Of a stretch of 64,000 nucleotides of DNA, positions 46,546 through 56,928 are shown piece by piece (the stretch's first letter is position 1; every line of letters starts with the position of its first letter). The DNA lies in the NCBI GenBank assembly GCA_010093815.1, contig ML996568.1. One strand, 5' to 3'. The translations under genes and the position numbers were made by a program. The notes below the pieces were generated by a model. The model made no database searches and was not told the DNA's origin. It saw only the letters and a list, made by a program, of their open reading frames with translations. The stretch is from Pseudovirgaria hyperparasitica (taxonomy: Eukaryota).

Positions 46546-47512
46546 TTAGGCAATCCCGCACTGATATAACGCCTTCAATGCGAAGCCTTCCTTCAACGCC
46601 CGCGGAATCACAGTATTAATGGCATATGTCACCGTCGGTTGCTCGATATCATGCTGCAAAGTAATAAACCCGTTCCCTCGGTTCCGACCTTGCGTCACCA
46701 GATCATTGAGATTCGCGTCCAAAGCTGCCTGGTTACCCGGATTGTCGACAAGCGTGTAGTCTTTCGTGTCGTATGGACCTGCTGTCCAGATAGTTGGAAT
46801 GAGCCCCATCTGGTGGGAAATTGCCCTCACACGGTCGTCGATGTCGCCAAATGGCGGGCGCATGAGACCAAGCTTAAGGTTACGGTTCGTTATCTGGTTG
46901 AGAACTTCGCGTGTCCAGCCAAGTTCGGCGACGACTTGTTCGTTGGTGAGGGTTGTGAGAGCGGTGTGGCTCCTGAATTTGTATAAGCTCTGAAGTTGGA
47001 GTAGTAAATAAAAGGAGATCTTACCATGTGTGTACACCAATCTGGTGACCTGTGTTTGCAAGGCGTATGGCGGTGTCTCGTACTTTAGTCGATTGGCTGC
47101 CGGTCAGGAAGAAAGTTGCCTTTACTCGTTGTGAGTCAAGATAGTCGAGCAGTTGGTTTGTGTATTGTGATGGACCGTCGTCGAATGTTAAGCCCCATTC
47201 ACCTCGATTTGGACAAGCCGTGGCATCATCTGGTCGTGTGCAGAGGTTGCACGACCACCAGCAGTTTGCTTGTGCGTTTGCAACGTTGTTTTGATTACTG
47301 GTGCGATCGCAGAGAGCCGAGCCAGAGGGACTGATGTTTGGGACTTTGGACCAGTCGATTTGTGACACCCATTGCCTGACTTCTGGGGAATTTGTGTCGG
47401 GTACTTGGTCGAGTGGTGGCCAACTAGACTGTCTTTGTATTATAGATGGTAAAGCTTCTGACAAAGGTATCAAATTGGCTAGTGTCGCCAAAGCTATGTA
47501 AGTGGTAAACAT
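46546..47512 (-). CDS. Secreted chitin deacetylase (CE4/NodB); exons 47512-47025, 46972-46546
   Basis: Signal peptide; catalytic motifs 'WGLTFDDGP', 'HTW|SH' (spanning intron 47024-46973), 'MRPPFGDIDDRVR', 'DTKDY', 'ITLQHD'. Confidence 0.95.
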
Positions 47513-50500
47513 TTCTGGTAGATCCTACCAAGTGAAATGTAGACACTGTTCAAAAACCCTTTTCCGATGGGCTGATCGACCTCTATAACATATTCTCCCT
47601 GTGGCTCTCATACCTGTGTCTTATTCTTCTTGGCTAGATTATGATCGTCGAAGAAGGATCGGAATGTTTGCCGCTGACATATGCGTCGATCAGATCAGCT
47701 ATGCATCCAGTGCTTGTCGTGAGTATGCGGCGTAGAATCAGAGCGTGGTCAATTTCAATTGGATACAAATCTGCGACTTTGTCGTATACCGAGCCAATAG
47801 CGAAGGCTGTTGTGCATAATCTCGGAGAATTTGGGTGTTGCTACAGCTGCTTTGCACTCAGACAAACTTGCCAAGCCCAGCACAAAAATCCTTCTACAGT
47901 GATAAGCATGCGACCGTAAGCATAGAGTTTTCAAAGCACGAGGACAGTATCTAAGCATTGAAGAACCTCTATGATCGTCGTCATGCGAGATGCTGCTGGG
48001 ATTATCCAGGTAAACATTTGCGAGGTTGCTCATGATATTACGGCATTACGGGCATTAAATGTTCGCATTCTCGGTCGTTCGGAAACCTAGAAATGTCGCG
48101 TAACATTGAGTCTTTGACAATGTCAAGTTGTGCTCGCCCTCATATTGTACGGTTGGTTGGGCGATCGCAAATGATTTACGGCTTATACTAAATGCCGTCA
48201 AGTGGCAAGTTTACTACTGGACCATCGAGTCTCTCCAGTGCTAGACATAGCCGCCCTGGGAGACCTCGCGACGCAGATTTCGCAATTGTGGCACAGTTGC
48301 CCTCTTGTCGTACCACGTAAGGTCTTGCTTGCAGTTACCGTTTCTAGTCCTGGAAACGTTAGTCCATGCTTTAGCCCCAGATCTGCGATCACAGAGGCAG
48401 GCGTATTATCTTTATAGACCCCATTTGCAATCTCAAATCACTATGCTCGAGAGTGTTTGCTCAAGATGGCACCTCTCTTGCTATAAGTACGGTGTAGGCT
48501 TAGACGATGGTCGGCGTAGGGCATTGCTAGCGAGAAATGCTCATACTCCTACGCATCGTATAGCTCTTTAGGTAGGCCTAGCCTCTAACGCCTTATAGTT
48601 TAGCATGATATAATCCTTTGGAAAAACAAGTTGAACATCAAGACTATTGAAAGATGGCTGAAAAGGGAGCTGTTATTGGTCAAAAATCTCACTAGCAGAT
48701 CTTCAGCATCTATCGAAATGACACGTTTTCGTACCTCTTAGCAGTGTTGCAAACGTTCAGCATGTATTTCTCACAAGACTGTGATAATTTTGCGAGAATA
48801 ATGCCAGCATCTCAGCGAAGCCCAGCAACTATGGTAGTCAATACCTAGTCCGAACAATTAGCTGCTCATTCGGGCATCACTTGAGCACTACATCTTTGCG
48901 TGCGACGGTGCGTCCACATGTTGGTGTCGCGTGCTCACCGACAGTTCCGCTGCCTTACCCTCCTCATTGTGTGAACTAGTGTCTATACAAACGCGTTCGA
49001 TCACGTAAGGTCGCAGTATCATATTGAAGACTCTCAGCGCCAGTTGTTGATGATACAGGTCGTCGTGGTGTTTAGTGTTTGAGATTGAATAGATAGTCAA
49101 GGTCTGACTGTACTAGGTAGCTTTTCACCCGTGCTTATTAATTCACCCATCCGGATGACTTCCGAGTCAATTGAGGTACCGTTCCATCCCCGGCCGCCTA
49201 GACATCCGTCAGCTGCCAAGCTTTCTTGGATTTCTTCCTCCTAGCCCCTACACTCGAGTCACCGTGCCGTCTCGACCATTGTCTGAGTACCCATTCGGCC
49301 GTGCTACATGCTCTGTTCTAAAGCAGAAGCTAGGAACCGATATTGTGTGCACTATTTTCAGTAATCTTTCTCTATGTCGCCCCCGATGTGTCTCTGGAGT
49401 TTTGTTGCATCGCACGCAATATTAGACCAAGTGACGTGCTGGAGGGTATAAAAACACCCTCACTCCTTGATGATATTTAGCCTGGACTGAGCAAAACAGG
49501 ATACTGTGGACTCTACTACCGATTGTTGAACTGTGACATAGTCATGACCAGTGCGACGAGGCATGAGCAAGAGCTTGGATGTGGCTAGTTTGACCAGGCT
49601 CCGAGGGTCCCCACCAAAACGCTTCAGCAGGTCTTCGAGATCCGTCACTACGTCACAGACCATGAGTTCCTTTCTTGACCAGGGGAACTTCAGCTACTTC
49701 GCCCAAAAGCATCTGACCGGCTTCTACAGGGGCCTTCCCTTCGCTCGAACGTCTAAGAGAACGAGGCTCCTTCCCTACAGTACGCCCTAATTATCCCGAA
49801 AATGTCGAATCAATCCAGCTCTCTTTTTGGTTCTGGCCAAGATGCAATGTGTTTTAAAATGGAGAACAGGAGCATTTGAATCCGGATGAGACCGAACACT
49901 CCGCGCGTTTGAGACTCATTCCGTGCTCTGTTGGTTGCCTCCACAGTCAGATGAACATGGGATTCAAGATATCGTACGTTTGGCAGCCTGACAGAACTTG
50001 CCAAGGCCTTATGGCCCATATATCACGTCTTGCACATTGCGCAGCGATATACAGCTTTGGATGAACATACTGGACCATATAAGACCAGGGGAAGCTATCA
50101 TGCAGACACAAATAAACCGCAAGGATCACGACGGATAATCTCTACTCACCAATCATGCAACACCAACCTACCCGCTGTGTTGGCATCGACTGTTTTGTGC
50201 AGGTCTACCATATGAGGGCCCTTGCAGCCCCGAAGGTACTGGACGATTGGTGAAGCCCCGCAAGCCATGTGTCTGAATTAAGCCTAAGGCGTAAGGCCTT
50301 TCTCTGAATGAGAAGGTGTTCGAGCTGCAGCAGGAGCCGCGCTCACTTACGCGGAGCTGAATCCTGTCTAGGACTACTTTTTCCGCTTAAGGCTTCATGG
50401 TTCCCCGCGATGACCACTCTCTTTACCGGGGCTGCGTCCAGATGAGTCTGACCAGGCAAAACCCTGCCCCTGCAGCTTACCGCATATACTATGTACGGAA

Positions 50501-51564
50501 CATGGTCTAGACGAGCACTCTTCTAATTTAGGTCCCCGGCCGGTTCGGGACGGTGGCTCCGCGGTGATCAAATCCGGCTCTTCTTGAATGGGTCCTGTAT
50601 CATATCACCCAATCCTTCGCTGGACGGAGGATCAGATATTGTCAATTTTTGACAGACTCAACGATGGAGCTTCAATACTTCTCCAAGATGAGCGAACAGT
50701 GGTCCTGTGCAAATTCATCCAGCTTCAAGACCGAACTCAGGTGCAGGCTCTCAGGAAGCTATATCAATTATCAGCGTCCTAGTCATCTGCGTCACCTCTT
50801 CGTGCCAAGCACCGCCGTTCGATCGTAAACTTGGCCTGCATTCCTGCAGGATAGCTAGTTATAGTTGTTTGTCACTTACCTGGGTCGAACAACGGCTCCG
50901 AGGGATTGCTTTATCGGCTGATGGCCTCGTGCGTTGCTACCCCTAAAGTATTGGACACAGGAAGCCGTAAATCTACGCCATGAAGCAATTCTTGACTTGT
51001 TCTTATGTTGCTGGTCATAGCAGCTGAACGACACACCTGGCAAAACTCATCTTGGATGGAACTTAAGCCGGAGTGAGTTCATGGCTTGTCGAACTTGTAG
51101 ATTGGCGCAGCATCCTGATGTGTGCAAACATCTAAAGGCCTGGCAATGTATCTAACTGGTAGAATCACCCTTACCTGCCATGCGGCCAACTTTCTGACAT
51201 ATCCTAAAAGTCCCCTTCACCTGCGATGAACGTTGCTTCGCTTATATGCTTGGAGACCCAGCCTACATGCAGATGTTGGCTATACGGGCGTCCTCGCTCA
51301 CACCGAGCATGGATCAGGACCAATACTAGACATAAAACCACCTTCAATCGATCAAAGCCGAATGATTCGATGACAAGTCCGACTCAGTCGCTTATGCTGT
51401 TTGCTAAAGTAGCGTCCAATAAATCGTGGTCCTATTCTGGCAATGTCCGTAGAACAGCTCGGGTGTTGGCAACAGGCGTCTCCTGAATATGCCAGGTCTG
51501 AGCCGAGAATGTCTTCGTCGGCTGAGTCTGAATGACCACAAGGAAAAGACAGGGCATAGGAATC

Positions 51565-51570
51565 TATAAA
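51565..51570 (+). promoter_or_regulatory. TATA box of the hydrophobin gene
   Basis: TATAAA ~120 bp upstream of ATG 51686, followed by a CT-rich leader and CAATCATG start context. Confidence 0.6.
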
Positions 51571-51685
51571 GTCAGCGCAAGATGCCCTTCTTCGTTATCA
51601 CCATTATACTCATCAATCTTCTCTCCCCATCTTCAGCAGCCAACAACTTTGAGATCCAAATCCCAACCACAAAGTCAGCACAATC

Positions 51686-52125
51686 ATGCAGTTCAATACC
51701 ATTCTTGTGGCTCTCTTCGCATCCATGGCCTTTGCCCTCCCTACCGATGGCGATGGCACCGAGCCCACCCCTCCCACAGAACCAACTTGTCCTCCCACAG
51801 GTCCTTCAGCTCCTTATGCTGCATGTGCCGGCCTATACTCTGAGGAACAGTGCTGTGCAACTGACGTCCTTGGCGTCGCCGACTTGAACTGTCTTACTCG
51901 TATGTATCGCCCTCGACCATGTCTGCGTCTCACTAACAGTTGCAGCTGGTGCCATCCCTTCGAGCCCAAGTGACTTCCAGAGCATCTGCGCTGCTGGTGG
52001 CCAGCGTGCACGCTGCTGTGTCATTCCAGTCGTAAGTGGTGTCGCTATCGAAAACGACTTGTACTAACAAATTTGCACAGGCGGGCCAGGCTGTTCTCTG
52101 TACCACCCCTATCGGAATCTCCTAA
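51686..52125 (+). CDS. Class II hydrophobin (cerato-ulmin family); exons 51686-51899, 51946-52031, 52081-52125
   Basis: Signal peptide MQFNTILVALFASMAFA. The spliced product has C-X8-CC-X11-C-X16-C-X8-CC-X10-C: 'CAGLYSEEQCCATDVLGVADLNCLTPGAIPSSPSDFQSICAAGGQRARCCVIPVAGQAVLCTTPIGIS*'. Confidence 0.96.
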
Positions 52126-52999
52126 ATGTGTGGTATCGCTATAAGGCTTTTGTCCAGGAAGGTCGTCAGCTCAGTCCAGCTGGGCTCCCTTGCTTGGGAG
52201 ACGAAATGAGAGGTTGCCCTTAACGCTACTGGATTTTGAGACGAGGGTTTTGGAGTAGTATTCAAATATAATATATGAGGCTGTCTTTACCACGTGCTTC
52301 TCCATTCAAAGTGTGCATAATAGTGAATGGTTCAAGACTTAAAGCTCTGAATACCTAGGTGCCTGAGAAGCTATTCGTGTGCAAAGTTTCAAGCCGAGGT
52401 CAGCATATCTATAGTCAGCATACTCATATAAATATAATACAAGATATCGAATTTTACCTACATGTTAGATCCACAAATCTTAAAGTTAATTGTCGGTAAT
52501 AAAGAAGAAGAAAAGGAGAAGTCCATGGACTATTTCTCTGCGAAGTGTGGTTTTCTCTCATTTTGCACTAGATTGAGGGAACTAAGGCTTGGAAAGATAT
52601 ACAGATCTAAGTACCTTATCTTACCCTAGAAGTCTATATATAAAAATCATGAGATCTTTTTAGAGGGTAAACAGATTTGGTATAGGTGATGGCGCGAAAA
52701 CAGTAATTGAGGTACTATAGAATGGTGCTAGAATAGATAAGCTTGGACCGATTGGACATGCGTAATAATAAGGAGGAAGCCAGGTAGAAACGAAATGCAC
52801 GGACATAAGTAGCCAGGATTGGAAATCTGTTGAAATCCGTGATGACATCCCCATGTGGTCTAGGCTCAGATAGGCCTAGCTTCCGCTCAGGCTCCACATT
52901 TAATGCAGGATGACTGTGGGCAACCGCGTTCCATTGTTTCCCTGCGTTGACTAATCTTCGCGTATACCTCTTACGAGCATCATGCCATCTTTATGCCGG

Positions 53000-53034
53000 C
53001 TCTATCGGGGCCTCTATCGGGGTCTCTATCGAGG
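53000..53034. repeat. Tandem 12-bp-period repeat CTCTATCG(G/A)GG x3 upstream of the desaturase
   Basis: ctctatcgggg-c-ctctatcgggg-t-ctctatcgagg read directly. Confidence 0.9.
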
Positions 53035-53428
53035 GGTTCGAAAGCCGTTAAACTATGTCCGGGTAGTCACAGAGCTGTCCAAGGGAAAACGTTGAGATTG
53101 GGCCAAGAAATGAGGATTAGACTTGACGCGGGTAAGGATGGATCCATGAAAAGCATAAGGGGCAGCCTCGAAACAGTGGGCCTGCATCATGAAAAAAGAT
53201 CTGTCCACAAGAATATTCATCTGGACTGTCGGACCCTGAAAGCAATGCTACTTGACCTATAAATCTCCTACGCGGCTTTTATTCTTCCTGGAATCAATTG
53301 AACTTAGATACTACCGGCGCCTCTACCACAACACTTCGCATGGTAATCTTGGACGTCTACTCGATCAAAGATCCGTCGACAAGTCTTCCACCCAGAAATT
53401 ATCCGCTAGTGCAGTCTCATCCTCTGTG

Positions 53429-54710
53429 ATGAAAGATTCTACGACAGTAGAAATGCCTCCGAGCCAAGATGTTCCGGACATGAAAGTTCTTCGAAGTCTC
53501 ATACCAAAACACTGTTTTAAGTCCTCATTCGTACGGTCTATGTCCTATGTTATTCGAGATATTATTTTAATGAGCATGCTGTTCTACGCCGGTTTGAAGC
53601 TCACATCTCTGGCTCCATCGATATCGCGCGCTGCCATGTTGACTGCATACGGATTCACTCAGGGCCTCGTTTTCACTGGAATTTGGATCTTGGCACACGA
53701 CTGTGGCCATGACTCGTTCTCACCGAACAAGAAGGCCAACTCCGTGGTTGGCTTCGTCCTGCATTCCATACTACTCGTGCCGTTCTTCAGCTGGAAGTAT
53801 AGCCATGCGAGGCATCATCGATACACGAACCATATGGAGAAAGACACAGTCTTCGTGCCGCGCAGGGAGTCGGACCAGCGCAAATCGCTCCTGTCGAGGT
53901 CGTTAGAGCTTTTAGGCTATGCAGAGGATGCGCCGGTCGTAAATGCTGGGACTTTGGTTATCCATCAGCTCTTTGGTTGGCCGGCGTATATCCTGCTCAA
54001 TGCTGGGGGTGGGCAGCGGAGTTTGGTGACATCGGACAGATCGAAGTCATTGCGACAAAGTCACCTGGATCCTGGTGCCGATCTGTTCTCGACGGCCGAA
54101 CACCCGTTTGTATTCCTGTCTAATGTGGGTATTGCGGTGGTTTTTGTAGCATTGTGGTTTGCCGCAAATGCTATTGGCGCCTACAACGTTTTCCTGCTTT
54201 ATGGAATTCCGTATCTGTGGATGAATCATTGGATCGGTGAGTATCATGCTGTCTTATATGTATTGTTAACTGACAAAGCTGCCAGTCGCAATTACGTATC
54301 TGCACCACACCCACCCTGAAGCGCCTCGCTACGAGCAAGAGTCGTGGACGTTTCAGAAGGGTGTTCTCGCAACAGTTGACCGTGATTTCGGGTTTATCGG
54401 ACGCCACCTCTTCCACGGTATCATTGAATACCACGTCATCCACCACATGTTTCCGTAAGAACTCCATCTTTGATTTGCGCACGTACTTCGACTAACACTC
54501 CATAGACGTATTCCCTTCTACCATGCTCAAGAAGCAACAGAAGCGATCAGTCCTTACCTAGGCAAAGCCTATATTCGGCAGAAATCGTCTTTCATCGGAG
54601 ATTTGTGGACGACATACTCGACATGCACTTACGTGGCTGAGAGAGAGAAAGCCTCGGGTGAGGTTTACTGGACGAGTGCAAGCCTTAAAGCTGCCGCCCC
54701 CATTCGCTAG
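53429..54710 (+). CDS. FAD2/omega-6-type membrane fatty acid desaturase (or hydroxylase-like paralog); exons 53429-54236, 54286-54454, 54506-54710
   Basis: 'IPKHCFKSS..RSMSYVIRD'; three His boxes HDCGH, HARHH, HVIHH; 'HWI|VAITYLHHT', 'TVDRDFGFIGRHLFHGIIEYHV', 'IPFYHAQEAT'. Start codon uncertain (53429 or 53453). Confidence 0.93.
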
Positions 54711-56886
54711 GACTGACGGTCAAACGTGTTGCCTTCTAAGTTACTATTATAGATTATAGAGAGCGGTGTATACATTTCGGCTCACATGTTCTAAGAAATA
54801 GGACAAATATAGAATTCTAACTTTATAGAGAGCTTGGGTGCCGCACGGGAAGCAGCTCTCCGACATTCTTACTTATATAGACGTACTCTTCACGGTTATG
54901 TCTACGTTTTGGTAGATATAGAGCATTGCTTAAAAACACCGTGCGATGCTACATCATTCACCTGCGGTAATCTACCATCAAAAGCTGAGATGAAAAGTGA
55001 GTAGCCACAGATCATATCGCGCTCATCCTGTCCCAGTCTGACGTTTTCTGTGGCCCCTTGTTTATAGACAGCAGTCTTTGGGGCCCATCTCGCCTCCTAT
55101 ACTTTTAAAATACAGTAGATATCTGCTGGTGCACATTGCTCTTCGCTTAAAAATGATTGCGTAAATCTCATGTTCTACAAAACACGTCCCAGATGGAATC
55201 CCAATGCATTCCCGGGTTTCTTTCACTCCATATAGGCATCTTTAGACGGACTTATTCAATCGAACTACTCCAAATATACCCACCAAATCATAGATCTGAA
55301 AGGGCCTCTTAGGGAGTTCTACATCATGTTCGTGGCCACAAGCTACGGAGATTTGTGGTGACGTCACACCGCTTCACCGTCATCCCTCATCTATACCATC
55401 AATAACGATATAGAGAGCATCATCAAAGCTGCACGTCTATGCAGTCCATGAGCTCACACGAGGTAAAGTCCTCATGTTGGGCTCCCAACATAATGCTTGG
55501 TTCTCTGTTCTTCTAGTCCGGCGAAAAGGACCATATCATTATCTTCGCCACATGGCCTGATCTCCTAAAAGCATGTAGTGAACCTAGGCTTGCTGTAACA
55601 TCGCTTATGGACTAGTCTAGGAGGTTTAAGTAGGCTATAAGGTGATACTCCTATCGCCCTATTGGTCGATTACTGAAATAGACTATAACCATAGCTGGGG
55701 TTCAACTTCGGGACCTTGGATTCCTGATCTACTTTACTACAGCGACGGCGCATAACGTTATAGATTCCATGGCCATTACTCCGACACTACTATAGGTATA
55801 GGAACCTTGAAAAGTTTGAAGGAGCAGGGCCTGGTTCAGTCGATTTTCGTCCACGGTGTTCTCTTAGACTAAAACAAGACAGAAATTAGCCCGCGTTCAC
55901 GATGATAACACCAAATGCACGACTTGAAAGGTATACAAAATTCCACAAAAATAGCTTTCGATCCCTGCTCCGACAATATTTGCAGATTACCAATTCGTGT
56001 ACTTGGACAGATGTTGAGTCGACCATTATTACATCTTGTGTAGCTCTCTATCGATGATGACTTAATAATATATCATTTGGCGATATTGGCGAGTCGATCT
56101 GATGGCGCAATCAGCACCATGACAGTCTTTTAAAAGTCTTTGTCATGGGTGCCTTGCACATTGTGGGCTGCGTACCCTTGAACACAGTCTCGACACTCCT
56201 GGGCACAGAGAATAAGAATTGTACTCTTGGCGACGAGGGAGAGAAGGTATGCCGTTGATGTGATGGGACTTCCTTACTGACTTGCGTGATGTCCACGTCT
56301 TGCTCACTTTTCTTCCCAGGAATTCATTTCGGTAGAACGGTCTGTCTGTTGGCGGTTGAGCAGACTCTTTGTTCTCTCCACGTTGTCATGGGCGCCTGCT
56401 GGTACTCTCCTATGGCGTGCTCGCGCTGATACTATTCCTCCTTGTGCAGCTGTGAGTAGGTCCACAGTGACTTGGCTTCGCCTCCCCATTGTATAGCAGC
56501 ATGTTGTCTGCTCGTATATCATTGCCACTGAGTTATCGGTAAGGCTCAGAATTGAGTAAAAGGGAGTAGCGCTGCACAGTCCACAACACTGTGACTCGGA
56601 TGACTTCAACAGGACGTGTAACGCTGCAAATGTCTGGCGTATCGTGCAAGCTAGAAACACTCCCAAGAATTGTGTAGCATTCGTTCGACTTTGGCTGGTC
56701 ATAAGAGGCAATGCCCTCAAAATTATGTTCCGTGTCTCATATATTTCTATCATTTGTTTCAATGATTCCCTTATCTCTTCCTGAAGATCTCTTTAACTTG
56801 TCTCTTACTATCACTTGTCTGCAATCTGATGCTTCGACCAGGCGGCTGCTGTATCCACGGGGCATGCAGTCTCTTTCTTAGTTACC

Positions 56887-56928
56887 TTTTCCAGTCCCTT
56901 TTTCCAGTCCCTTTTTCCAGTCCCTTTT
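56887..56928. repeat. 13-bp tandem repeat (CCAGTCCCTTTTT) x3
   Basis: ttttccagtccctttttccagtccctttttccagtccctttt read directly. Confidence 0.9.

Noticed and set aside
47600..51500. Short ORFs and possible gene relics between the CDA and hydrophobin (e.g. 49551-49790, 50588-50946)
   Set aside because: No recognisable domain or consistent exon chain; a gene or pseudogene call cannot be supported by eye.
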